From the human T2T-CHM13v2.0 reference genome, Homo sapiens: a stretch of 64,000 nt of DNA. Both the position numbers and the translations under genes were made by a program. Below the pieces are notes generated by a model, which saw only the letters and a program-made list of their open reading frames with translations, was not told the DNA's origin and did not search any database. Positions 1 to 13,048 of this stretch are shown in pieces; positions within the stretch are counted from its first letter, which is position 1, and each line of letters opens with the position of its first letter. The stretch is taken from NCBI RefSeq assembly GCF_009914755.1, contig NC_060928.1; one strand, written 5' to 3'.

Positions 1-248
1 AAACTTCCTTTCATAGAGCAGGTTTGAAACACTCTTTTTGTAATATTTGGAAGTGGACATTTGCAGCGCTTTGAGGCCTATGGTGAAAAAGGAAATATCT
101 TCTCATAAAAACCAGAAACAAGCATTCTCAGAAACTTCTTTTTGATGTGTGTACTCAAGTAACAGAGTTGAACCTTCCTTTTGACACAGCAGTTTTGAAA
201 CAATCTTTTTGTAGAATCTGCAAGTGGATATTTGGATAGCTTTGAGGA

Positions 249-265
249 TTTCGTTGGAAACGGGA
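249..265 (+). other. Intact CENP-B box in m1 (representative; other intact boxes in unit 1 start at 761, 1269, 1610, 2291, 2461, 2801, 3139)
   Basis: TTTCGTTGGAAACGGGA matches the NTTCGNNNNANNCGGGN core; 8 intact boxes per 19-mer. Confidence 0.95.
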
Positions 266-418
266 TATCTTCATATAAAATCTAGACAGAAGCATTCTCA
301 GAAACTTCTTTGTGCTGTATGTCCTCAATTAACAGAGTTGAACCATTGCTTGGATACAGCATTTTGGAAACATTCCTTGAGTAGAATCTGCAAGTTGATA
401 TTTAGATAGATTTGAAGA

Positions 419-435
419 TTTCGTTGGAAAAGGGA
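419..435 (+). other. Degenerate CENP-B box in m2
   Basis: TTTCGTTGGAAAAGGGA (CGGG changed to AGGG), seen throughout the units. Confidence 0.9.
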
Positions 436-589
436 ATATCTCCATATAAAATCTAGAGGGAAGCATTCTCAGAAACTGCTTTGTGATGTTTCCATTCAAG
501 TCACAGAGTTGAATATTCCCTTTTATAGAGCACGTTTGAAACACTCTTTCTGCACTATCTGGAAGTGGACATTTCGAGCGCTTTGAGGC

Positions 590-606
590 CTATGGTGAAA
601 AAGGAA
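590..606 (-). other. pJ-alpha motif of an A-type monomer (representative, m3; exact or variant copies in m5, m8, m10, m12, m15, m17, m19)
   Basis: CTATGGTGAAAAAGGAA is the reverse complement of TTCCTTTTTCACCATAG and sits at the position the CENP-B box occupies in B monomers. Confidence 0.8.
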
Positions 607-1098
607 ATATCTTCCCATAAAAACTAGACAGAAGCATTCTCAGAAACTTGTTTGTGATGTGTGTATTCAACTAACAGAGTTGAACTTTTGTTTTTACAGA
701 GCCGTTTTAAAACACTCTTTTTGTGGAATCAGAAAGTGGATATTCGGATGGCTCTGAGGATTTCGTTGGAAGCGGGATTACATATAAAATCTAGAGAGAA
801 GCATTCTCAGGAACTTCTTTGTGATGTTTGCATTGAAGTCACAGAATTGAACATTCACTTTGATAGAACAGGTTTGAAACACTCATTCTGTAGTATCTGG
901 AAGTGGACATTTCAAGCGCTTTCAGGCCTATGGTGAGAAAGGAAATATCTTCGAATAAAAACTAGACAGAAGCATCCTCAGAAACTTATTTGTGATGTGT
1001 GTCCTCAACTAACAGAGTTGAAACTTTGTTTTGATACAGCATTTTGGAAACACTCTTTTTGTAGAATCTGCAGGTGGATATTTGGATAGCTTAGAGGG

Positions 1099-1115
1099 AT
1101 TCGTTGGAAAGGGGA
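1099..1115 (+). other. Degenerate CENP-B box in m6
   Basis: ATTCGTTGGAAAGGGGA (CGGG changed to GGGG). Confidence 0.9.
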
Positions 1116-1947
1116 TATCTTCATATAAAATCTAGACAGAAGCATTCTCAGAAACTTATTTGTGATGTGTGTCCTCAACTAACAGAGTTGAACCTTGGTT
1201 TTGATACAGCATTTTGGAAACACTCCTTTTGTAGAATCTGCAGGTGGATATGTGGATAGCTCTGAAGATTTCGTTGGAAACGGGAATTTCTTCATATAAA
1301 ATCAAACAGAAGCATTCTCAGAAACTTCTCAGTGATGTTTGCATTCAGCTCATGGAGTTGAACACTTCCTTTCATAGAGCCGGTTTGAAACACTCTTTCT
1401 GCACTACCTGGAAGAGGACATTTCGAGCGCTTTGAGTCCTATGGTGAAAAAGGAAATATCTTCTCATAAAAACCAGAAAGAAGCATTCTCAGAAACTTCT
1501 TTGTGTTGTGTGTACTCATGTAACAGTGTTGAACCATCCTTTTGACAGAGCAGTTTTGAAACACTCTTTTTGTAGAATCTGCAAGTGGATATTTGGATAG
1601 CTTTGAGGATTTCGTTGGAAACGGGATGACATATAATATCTAGAGAGAAGCATTCTCAGGAACTTCTTTGTGATGTTTGCATTCAAGTCACAGAATTGAA
1701 CATTCCCTTTCATAGAGCAGGTTTGAAACACTCTTTCTCTAGTATCTGGAAGTGGGCATTTCAAGCGCTTTCAGGCCTATGGAGAGAAAGGAAATACCTT
1801 CAAATAAAAACTAGACAGAAGCATTCTCAGAAACTTATTTGTGATGTGTGTCCTCAACTAACAGAGTTGAACCTTTGTTTTGATACAGCATTTTGGAAAC
1901 ACTCCTTTTGTAGAATCTGCAGGTGGATATTTGGATAACTTTGAAGA

Positions 1948-1964
1948 TTTCGTTGGAAACCGGA
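1948..1964 (+). other. Degenerate CENP-B box in m11
   Basis: TTTCGTTGGAAACCGGA (CGGG changed to CCGG). Confidence 0.9.
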
Positions 1965-3352
1965 ATATCTTCATATAAAATCAAGACAGAAGCATTCTCG
2001 GAAACATCTCTGTGATGTTTGCATTCAACTCAGTAGAGTTGAACACTTCCTTTCATAGAGCAGGTTTGAAACACTCTTTCTGCACTACCTGGAAGCGGAC
2101 ATTTCGAGCGCTTTGAGGCCTATGGTGAAAAAGGAAATATCTTCTCATAAAAACCAGAAAGAAGCATTCTCAGAAACTTCTTTGTGTTGTGTGTACTCAA
2201 GTAACAGTGTTGAACCTTCCTTTTGACACAGCAGTTTTGAAACACTCTTTTGGTAGAATCTGCAAGTGGATATTTGGATAGCTTTGAGGATTTCGTTGGA
2301 AACGGGTTATCTTCATATAAAATCCAGACAGGAGCATTCTCAGAAACTTCTTTGTGCTGCATGTCCTCAATTCACAGAGCTGAACCTTTGTTTGGATACA
2401 GCATTTTGGAAACATTCCTTTAGTAGAATCTGCAAGTTGATATTTAGATAGCTTTGAAGATTTCGTTGGAAACGGGACTATCTTCATAGAAAATCTAGAC
2501 GGAAGCATTCTCAGAAACTGCTTTGTGATGTTTGCATTCAAGTCACAGAGTTGAATATTCCCTTTTATAGAGTAGGTTTGAAACACTCTTTCGGCACTAC
2601 CTGGAAGTGGATATTTCGAGCTCTTTGAGGCCTATGGTTAAAAGGAAATATCTTCCCATAAAAACTAGACAGAAGCCGTCTCAGAAACTTGTTTGTGATG
2701 TGTGTATTCAACTAACAGAGTTGAACATTTCTGTTACAGAGCAATTTTAAAACACTCTTTTTGTGGAATCTGAAAGTGGATAATTGGATAGCTTTGTGGA
2801 TTTCGTTGGAAACGGGATGACGTATAAAATCTAGAGAGAAGCATTCTCAGGAACTTCTTTCTGATGTTTGCATTCAAGTCACAGAATTGAACATTCCTTT
2901 TCATAGTGCAGGTTTGAAACACTCTTTCTGTAGTATCTGGAAGTGGACATTTCAAGCACTTTCAGGCCTACGGGGAGAAAGGAAATATCTTCAAATAAAA
3001 ACTAGACAGAAGGATTCTCAGAAACTTATTTGTGATGTGTGTCCTAAACGAACACAGTTGAACCTTTGTTTTGATACAGCATTTTGGAAACACTCCTTTT
3101 GTAGGATCTGCAGGTGGATATTTGGATAGATTTTAAGATTTCGTTGGAAACGGGAGTTTCTTCATAGAAACTCAAGACAGATGCATTCTCAGAAACATCT
3201 CTGTGATGTTTGCATTCCACTCATAGAGTTGAAAACTTCCTTTCATAGAGCAGGTTTGAAACACTCTTTTTGTAATATTTGGAAGTGGACATTTGCAGCG
3301 CTTTGAGGCCTATGGTGAAAAAGGAAATATCTTCTCATAAAAACCAGAAACA

Positions 3353-6300
3353 AGCATTCTCAGAAACTTCTTTTTGATGTGTGTACTCAAGTAACAGAGT
3401 TGAACCTTCCTTTTGACACAGCAGTTTTGAAACAATCTTTTTGTAGAATCTGCAAGTGGATATTTGGATAGCTTTGAGGATTTCGTTGGAAACGGGATAT
3501 CTTCATATAAAATCTAGACAGAAGCATTCTCAGAAACTTCTTTGTGCTGTATGTCCTCAATTAACAGAGTTGAACCATTGCTTGGATACAGCATTTTGGA
3601 AACATTCCTTGAGTAGAATCTGCAAGTTGATATTTAGATAGATTTGAAGATTTCGTTGGAAAAGGGAATATCTCCATATAAAATCTAGAGGGAAGCATTC
3701 TCAGAAACTGCTTTGTGATGTTTCCATTCAAGTCACAGAGTTGAATATTCCCTTTTATAGAGCACGTTTGAAACACTCTTTCTGCACTATCTGGAAGTGG
3801 ACATTTCGAGCGCTTTGAGGCCTATGGTGAAAAAGGAAATATCTTCCCATAAAAACTAGACAGAAGCATTCTCAGAAACTTGTTTGTGATGTGTGTATTC
3901 AACTAACAGAGTTGAACATTTGTTTTTACAGAGCCGTTTTAAAACACTCTTTTTGTGGAATCAGAAAGTGGATATTCGGATGGCTCTGAGGATTTCGTTG
4001 GAAGCGGGATTACATATAAAATCTAGAGATAAGCATTCTCAGGAACTTCTTTGTGATGTTTGCATTGAAGTCACAGAATTGAACATTCACTTTGATAGAG
4101 CAGGTTTGAAACACTCATTCTGTAGTATCTGGAAGTGGACATTTCAAGCGCTTTCAGGCCTATGGTGAGAAAGGAAATATCTTCGAATAAAAACTAGACA
4201 GAAGCATCCTCAGAAACTTATTTGTGATGTGTGTCCTCAACTAACAGAGTTGAAACTTTGTTTTGATACAGCATTTTGGAAACACTCTTTTTGTAGAATC
4301 TGCAGGTGGATATTTGGATAGCTTAGAGGGATTCGTTGGAAAGGGGATATCTTCATATAAAATCTAGACAGAAGCATTCTCAGAAACTTATTTGTGATGT
4401 GTGTCCTCAACTAACAGAGTTGAACCTTGGTTTTGATACAGCATTTTGGAAACACTCCTTTTGTAGAATCTGCAGGTGGATATGTGGATAGCTCTGAAGA
4501 TTTCGTTGGAAACGGGAATTTCTTCATATAAAATCAAACAGAAGCATTCTCAGAAACTTCTCAGTGATGTTTGCATTCAGCTCATGGAGTTGAACACTTC
4601 CTTTCATAGAGCCGGTTTGAAACACTCTTTCTGCACTACCTGGAAGAGGACATTTCGAGCGCTTTGAGTCCTATGGTGAAAAAGGAAATATCTTCTCATA
4701 AAAACCAGAAAGAAGCATTCTCAGAAACTTCTTTGTGTTGTGTGTACTCATGTAACAGTGTTGAACCATCCTTTTGACAGAGCAGTTTTGAAACACTCTT
4801 TTTGTAGAATCTGCAAGTGGATATTTGGATAGCTTTGAGGATTTCGTTGGAAACGGGATGACATATAATATCTAGAGAGAAGCATACTCAGGAACTTCTT
4901 TGTGATGTTTGCATTCAAGTCACAGAATTGAACATTCCCTTTCATAGAGCAGGTTTGAAACACTCTTTCTCTAGTATCTGGAAGTGGGCATTTCAAGCGC
5001 TTTCAGGCCTATGGAGAGAAAGGAAATACCTTCAAATAAAAACTAGACAGAAGCATTCTCAGAAACTTATTTGTGATGTGTGTCCTCAACTAACAGAGTT
5101 GAACCTTTGTTTTGATACAGCATTTTGGAAACACTCCTTTTGTAGAATCTGCAGGTGGATATTTGGATAACTTTGAAGATTTCGTTGGAAACCGGAATAT
5201 CTTCATATAAAATCAAGACAGAAGCATTCTCGGAAACATCTCTGTGATGTTTGCATTCAACTCAGTAGAGTTGAACACTTCCTTTCATAGAGCAGGTTTG
5301 AAACACTCTTTCTGCACTACCTGGAAGCGGACATTTCGAGCGCTTTGAGGCCTATGGTGAAAAAGGAAATATCTTCTCATAAAAACCAGAAAGAAGCATT
5401 CTCAGAAACTTCTTTGTGTTGTGTGTACTCAAGTAACAGTGTTGAACCTTCCTTTTGACACAGCAGTTTTGAAACACTCTTTTGGTAGAATCTGCAAGTG
5501 GATATTTGGATAGCTTTGAGGATTTCGTTGGAAACGGGTTATCTTCATATAAAATCCAGACAGGAGCATTCTCAGAAACTTCTTTGTGCTGCATGTCCTC
5601 AATTCACAGAGCTGAACCTTTGTTTGGATACAGCATTTTGGAAACATTCCTTTAGTAGAATCTGCAAGTTGATATTTAGATAGCTTTGAAGATTTCGTTG
5701 GAAACGGGAATATCTTCATAGAAAATCTAGACGGAAGCATTCTCAGAAACTGCTTTGTGATGTTTGCATTCAAGTCACAGAGTTGAATATTCCCTTTTAT
5801 AGAGTAGGTTTGAAACACTCTTTCGGCACTACCTGGAAGTGGATATTTCGAGCTCTTTGAGGCCTATGGTTAAAAGGAAATATCTTCCCATAAAAACTAG
5901 ACAGAAGCCGTCTCAGAAACTTGTTTGTGATGTGTGTATTCAACTAACAGAGTTGAACATTTCTGTTACAGAGCAATTTTAAAACACTCTTTTTGTGGAA
6001 TCTGAAAGTGGATAATTGGATAGCTTTGTGGATTTCGTTGGAAACGGGATGACGTATAAAATCTAGAGAGAAGCATTCTCAGGAACTTCTTTCTGATGTT
6101 TGCATTCAAGTCACAGAATTGAACATTCCTTTTCATAGTGCAGGTTTGAAACACTCTTTCTGTAGTATCTGGAAGTGGACATTTCAAGCGCTTTCAGGCC
6201 TACGGGGAGAAAGGAAATATCTTCAAATAAAAACTAGACAGAAGGATTCTCAGAAACTTATTTGTGATGTGTGTCCTAAACGAACACAGTTGAACCTTTG

Positions 6301-9300
6301 TTTTGATACAGCATTTTGGAAACACTCCTTTTGTAGGATCTGCAGGTGGATATTTGGATAGATTTTAAGATTTCGTTGGAAACGGGAGTTTCTTCATAGA
6401 AACTCAAGACAGATGCATTCTCAGAAACATCTCTGTGATGTTTGCATTCCACTCATAGAGTTGAAAACTTCCTTTCATAGAGCAGGTTTGAAACACTCTT
6501 TTTGTAATATTTGGAAGTGGACATTTGCAGCGCTTTGAGGCCTATGGTGAAAAAGGAAATATCTTCTCATAAAAACCAGAAACAAGCATTCTCAGAAACT
6601 TCTTTTTGATGTGTGTACTCAAGTAACAGAGTTGAACCTTCCTTTTGACACAGCAGTTTTGAAACAATCTTTTTGTAGAATCTGCAAGTGGATATTTGGA
6701 TAGCTTTGAGGATTTCGTTGGAAACGGGATATCTTCATATAAAATCTAGACAGAAGCATTCTCAGAAACTTCTTTGTGCTGTATGTCCTCAATTAACAGA
6801 GTTGAACCATTGTTTGGATACAGCATTTTGGAAACATTCCTTGAGTAGAATCTGCAAGTTGATATTTAGATAGATTTGAAGATTTCGTTGGAAAAGGGAA
6901 TATCTCCATATAAAATCTAGAGGGAAGCATTCTCAGAAACTGCTTTGTGATGTTTCCATTCAAGTCACAGAGTTGAATATTCCCTTTTATAGAGCACGTT
7001 TGAAACACTCTTTCTGCACTATCTGGAAGTGGACATTTCGAGCGCTTTGAGGCCTATGGTGAAAAAGGAAATATCTTCCCATAAAAACTAGACAGAAGCA
7101 TTCTCAGAAACTTGTTTGTGATGTGTGTATTCAACTAACAGAGTTGAACTTTTGTTTTTACAGAGCCGTTTTAAAACACTCTTTTTGTGGAATCAGAAAG
7201 TGGATATTCGGATGGCTCTGAGGATTTCGTTGGAAGCGGGATTACATATAAAATCTAGAGAGAAGCATTCTCAGGAACTTCTTTGTGATGTTTGCATTGA
7301 AGTCACAGAATTGAACATTCACTTTGATAGAGCAGGTTTGAAACACTCATTCTGTAGTATCTGGAAGTGGACATTTCAAGCGCTTTCAGGCCTATGGTGA
7401 GAAAGGAAATATCTTCGAATAAAAACTAGACAGAAGCATCCTCAGAAACTTATTTGTGATGTGTGTCCTCAACTAACAGAGTTGAAACTTTGTTTTGATA
7501 CAGCATTTTGGAAACACTCTTTTTGTAGAATCTGCAGGTGGATATTTGGATAGCTTAGAGGGATTCGTTGGAAAGGGGATATCTTCATATAAAATCTAGA
7601 CAGAAGCATTCTCAGAAACTTATTTGTGATGTGTGTCCTCAACTAACAGAGTTGAACCTTGGTTTTGATACAGCATTTTGGAAACACTCCTTTTGTAGAA
7701 TCTGCAGGTGGATATGTGGATAGCTCTGAAGATTTCGTTGGAAACGGGAATTTCTTCATATAAAATCAAACAGAAGCATTCTCAGAAACTTCTCAGTGAT
7801 GTTTGCATTCAGCTCATGGAGTTGAACACTTCCTTTCATAGAGCCGGTTTGAAACACTCTTTCTGCACTACCTGGAAGAGGACATTTCGAGCGCTTTGAG
7901 TCCTATGGTGAAAAAGGAAATATCTTCTCATAAAAACCAGAAAGAAGCATTCTCAGAAACTTCTTTGTGTTGTGTGTACTCATGTAACAGTGTTGAACCA
8001 TCCTTTTGACAGAGCAGTTTTGAAACACTCTTTTTGTAGAATCTGCAAGTGGATATTTGGATAGCTTTGAGGATTTCGTTGGAAACGGGATGACATATAA
8101 TATCTAGAGAGAAGCATTCTCAGGAACTTCTTTGTGATGTTTGCATTCAAGTCACAGAATTGAACATTCCCTTTCATAGAGCAGGTTTGAAACACTCTTT
8201 CTCTAGTATCTGGAAGTGGGCATTTCAAGTGCTTTCAGGCCTATGGAGAGAAAGGAAATACCTTCAAATAAAAACTAGACAGAAGCATTCTCAGAAACTT
8301 ATTTGTGATGTGTGTCCTCAACTAACAGAGTTGAACCTTTGTTTTGATACAGCATTTTGGAAACACTCCTTTTGTAGAATCTGCAGGTGGATATTTGGAT
8401 AACTTTGAAGATTTCGTTGGAAACCGGAATATCTTCATATAAAATCAAGACAGAAGCATTCTCGGAAACATCTCTGTGATGTTTGCATTCAACTCAGTAG
8501 AGTTGAACACTTCCTTTCATAGAGCAGGTTTGAAACACTCTTTCTGCACTACCTGGAAGCGGAGATTTCGAGCGCTTTGAGGCCTATGGTGAAAAAGGAA
8601 ATATCTTCTCATAAAAACCAGAAAGAAGCATTCTCAGAAACTTCTTTGTGTTGTGTGTACTCAAGTAACAGTGTTGAACCTTCCTTTTGACACAGCAGTT
8701 TTGAAACACTCTTTTGGTAGAATCTGCAAGTGGATATTTGGATAGCTTTGAGGATTTCGTTGGAAACGGGTTATCTTCATATAAAATCCAGACAGGAGCA
8801 TTCTCAGAAACTTCTTTGTGCTGCATGTCCTCAATTCACAGAGCTGAACCTTTGTTTGGATACAGCATTTTGGAAACATTCCTTTAGTAGAATCTGCAAG
8901 TTGATATTTAGATAGCTTTGAAGATTTCGTTGGAAACGGGAATATCTTCATAGAAAATCTAGACGGAAGCATTCTCAGAAACTGCTTTGTGATGTTTGCA
9001 TTCAAGTCACAGAGTTGAATATTCCCTTTTATAGAGTAGGTTTGAAACACTCTTTTGGCACTACCTGGAAGTGGATATTTCGAGCTCTTTGAGGCCTATG
9101 GTTAAAAGGAAATATCTTCCCATAAAAACTAGACAGAAGCCGTCTCAGAAACTTGTTTGTGATGTGTGTATTCAACTAACAGAGTTGAACATTTCTGTTA
9201 CAGAGCAATTTTAAAACACTCTTTTTGTGGAATCTGAAAGTGGATAATTGGATAGCTTTGTGGATTTCGTTGGAAACGGGATGACGTATAAAATCTAGAG

Positions 9301-12300
9301 AGAAGCATTCTCAGGAACTTCTTTCTGATGTTTGCATTCAAGTCACAGAATTGAACATTCCCTTTCATAGAGCAGGTTTGAAACACTCTTTCTCTAGTGT
9401 CTGGAAGTGGGCATTTCAAGCGCTTTCAGGCCTATGGAGAGAAAGGAAATACCTTCAAATAAAAACTAGACAGAAGCATTCTCAGAAACTTATTTGTGAT
9501 GTGTGTCCTCAACTAACAGAGTTGAACCTTTGTTTTGATACAGCATTTTGGAAACACTCCTTTTGTAGGATCTGCAGGTGGATATTTGGATAGATTTTAA
9601 GATTTCGTTGGAAACGGGAGTTTCTTCATAGAAACTCAAGACAGATGCATTCTCAGAAACATCTCTGTGATGTTTGCATTCCACTCATAGATTTGAAAAC
9701 TTCCTTTCATAGAGCAGGTTTGAAACACTCTTTTTGTAATATTTGGAAGTGGACATTTGCAGCGCTTTGAGGCCTATGGTGAAAAAGGAAATATCTTCTC
9801 ATAAAAACCAGAAACAAGCATTCTCAGAAACTTCTTTTTGATGTGTGTACTCAAGTAACAGAGTTGAACCTTCCTTTTGACACAGCAGTTTTGAAACAAT
9901 CTTTTTGTAGAATCTGCAAGTGGATATTTGGATAGCTTTGAGGATTTCTTTGGAAACGGGATATCTTCATATAAAATCTAGACAGAAGCATTCTCAGAAA
10001 CTTCTTTGTGCTGTATGTCCTCAATTAACAGAGTTGAACCATTGCTTGGATACAGCATTTTGGAAACATTCCTTGAGTAGAATCTGCAAGTTGATATTTA
10101 GATAGATTTGAAGATTTCGTTGGAAAAGGGAATATCTCCATATAAAATCTAGAGGGAAGCATTCTCAGAAACTGCTTTGTGATGTTTCCATTCAAATCAC
10201 AGAGTTGAATATTCCCTTTTATAGAGCACGTTTGAAACACTCTTTCTGCACTATCTGGAAGTGGACATTTCGAGCGCTTTGAGGCCTATGGTGAAAAAGG
10301 AAATATCTTCCCATAAAAACTAGACAGAAGCATTCTCAGAAACTTGTTTGTGATGTGTGTATTCAACTAACAGAGTTGAACTTTTGTTTTTACAGAGCCG
10401 TTTTAAAACACTCTTTTTGTGGAATCAGAAAGTGGATATTCGGATGGCTCTGAGGATTTCGTTGGAAGCGGGATTACATATAAAATCTAGAGAGAAGCAT
10501 TCTCAGGAACTTCTTTGTGATGTTTGCATTGAAGTCACAGAATTGAACATTCACTTTGATAGAGCAGGTTTGAAACACTCATTCTGTAGTATCTGGAAGT
10601 GGACATTTCAAGCGCTTTCAGGCCTATGGTGAGAAAGGAAATATCTTCGAATAAAAACTAGACAGAAGCATCCTCAGAAACTTATTTGTGATGTGTGTCC
10701 TCAACTAACAGAGTTGAAACTTTGTTTTGATACAGCATTTTGGAAACACTCTTTTTGTAGAATCTGCAGGTGGATATTTGGATAGCTTAGAGGGATTCGT
10801 TGGAAAGGGGATATCTTCATATAAAATCTAGACAGAAGCATTCTCAGAAACTTATTTGTGATGTGTGTCCTCAACTAACAGAGTTGAACCTTGGTTTTGA
10901 TACAGCATTTTGGAAACACTCCTTTTGTAGAATCTGCAGGTGGATATGTGGATAGCTCTGAAGATTTCGTTGGAAACGGGAATTTCTTCATATAAAATCA
11001 AACAGAAGCATTCTCAGAAACTTCTCAGTGATGTTTGCATTCAGCTCATGGAGTTGAACACTTCCTTTCATAGAGCCGGTTTGAAACACTCTTTCTGCAC
11101 TACCTGGAAGAGGACATTTCGAGCGCTTTGAGTCCTATGGTGAAAAAGGAAATATCTTCTCATAAAAACCAGAAAGAAGCATTCTCAGAAACTTCTTTGT
11201 GTTGTGTGTACTCATGTAACAGTGTTGAACCATCCTTTTGACAGAGCAGTTTTGAAACACTCTTTTTGTAGAATCTGCAAGTGGATATTTGGATAGCTTT
11301 GAGGATTTCGTTGGAAACGGGATGACATATAATATCTAGAGAGAAGCATACTCAGGAACTTCTTTGTGATGTTTGCATTCAAGTCACAGAATTGAACATT
11401 CCCTTTCATAGAGCAGGTTTGAAACACTCTTTCTCTAGTATCTGGAAGTGGGCATTTCAAGCGCTTTCAGGCCTATGGAGAGAAAGGAAATACCTTCAAA
11501 TAAAAACTAGACAGAAGCATTCTCAGAAACTTATTTGTGATGTGTGTCCTCAACTAACAGAGTTGAACCTTTGTTTTGATACAGCATTTTGGAAACACTC
11601 CTTTTGTAGAATCTGCAGGTGGATATTTGGATAACTTTGAAGATTTCGTTGGAAACCGGAATATCTTCATATAAAATCAAGACAGAAGCATTCTCGGAAA
11701 CATCTCTGTGATGTTTGCATTCAACTCAGTAGAGTTGAACACTTCCTTTCATAGAGCAGGTTTGAAACACTCTTTCTGCACTACCTGGAAGCGGACATTT
11801 CGAGCGCTTTGAGGCCTATGGTGAAAAAGGAAATATCTTCTCATAAAAACCAGAAAGAAGCATTCTCAGAAACTTCTTTGTGTTGTGTGTACTCAAGTAA
11901 CAGTGTTGAACCTTCCTTTTGACACAGCAGTTTTGAAACACTCTTTTGGTAGAATCTGCAAGTGGATATTTGGATAGCTTTGAGGATTTCGTTGGAAACG
12001 GGTTATCTTCATATAAAATCCAGACAGGAGCATTCTCAGAAACTTCTTTGTGCTGCATGTCCTCAATTCACAGAGCTGAACCTTTGTTTGGATACAGCAT
12101 TTTGGAAACATTCCTTTAGTAGAATCTGCAAGTTGATATTTAGATAGCTTTGAAGATTTCGTTGGAAACGGGAATATCTTCATAGAAAATCTAGACGGAA
12201 GCATTCTCAGAAACTGCTTTGTGATGTTTGCATTCAAGTCACAGAGTTGAATATTCCCTTTTATAGAGTAGGTTTGAAACACTCTTTTGGCACTACCTGG

Positions 12301-13048
12301 AAGTGGATATTTCGAGCTCTTTGAGGCCTATGGTTAAAAGGAAATATCTTCCCATAAAAACTAGACAGAAGCCGTCTCAGAAACTTGTTTGTGATGTGTG
12401 TATTCAACTAACAGAGTTGAACATTTCTGTTACAGAGCAATTTTAAAACACTCTTTTTGTGGAATCTGAAAGTGGATAATTGGATAGCTTTGTGGATTTC
12501 GTTGGAAACGGGATGACGTATAAAATCTAGAGAGAAGCATTCTCAAGAACTTCTTTGTGATGTTTGCATTCAAGTCACAGAATTGAACATTCCCTTTCAT
12601 AGAGCAGGTTTGAAACACTCTTTCTCTAGTATCTGGAAGTGGGCATTTCAAGCTCTTTCAGGCCTATGGAGAGAAAGGAAATACCTTCAAATAAAAACTA
12701 GACAGAAGCATTCTCAGAAACTTATTTGTGATGTGTGTCCTCAACTAACAGAGTTGAACCTTTGTTTTGATACAGCATTTTGGAAACACTCCTTTTGTAG
12801 GATCTGCAGGTGGATATTTGGATAGATTTTAAGATTTCGTTGGAAACGGGAGTTTCTTCATAGAAACTCAAGACAGATGCATTCTCAGAAACATCTCTGT
12901 GATGTTTGCATTCCACTCATAGATTTGAAAACTTCCTTTCATAGAGCAGGTTTGAAACACTCTTTTTGTAATATTTGGAAGTGGACATTTGCAGCGCTTT
13001 GAGGCCTATGGTGAAAAAGGAAATATCTTCTCATAAAAACCAGAAACA
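3353..13048 (+). repeat. HOR units 2-4, three full-length 19-mers (units 3 and 4 carry an m10/m11-type tract within m17/m18)
   Basis: 3232-bp period; unit starts 3353, 6585, 9817. Confidence 0.95.

Larger units (their letters stand above)
121..3352 (+). repeat. Reference HOR unit 1 (19-mer); monomer types m1-m19 = B B A B A B B A B A B A B B A B A B A
   Basis: Monomer starts at 121, 291, 462, 633, 800, 971, 1141, 1311, 1482, 1649, 1820, 1991, 2163, 2333, 2504, 2674, 2840, 3011, 3182; lengths sum to 3232. B = CENP-B-box type, A = pJ-alpha type. Confidence 0.95.

Noticed and set aside
272-281. TATA-like CATATAAAAT motifs after CENP-B boxes
   Set aside because: This is ordinary AT-rich monomer sequence with no evidence of promoter function.
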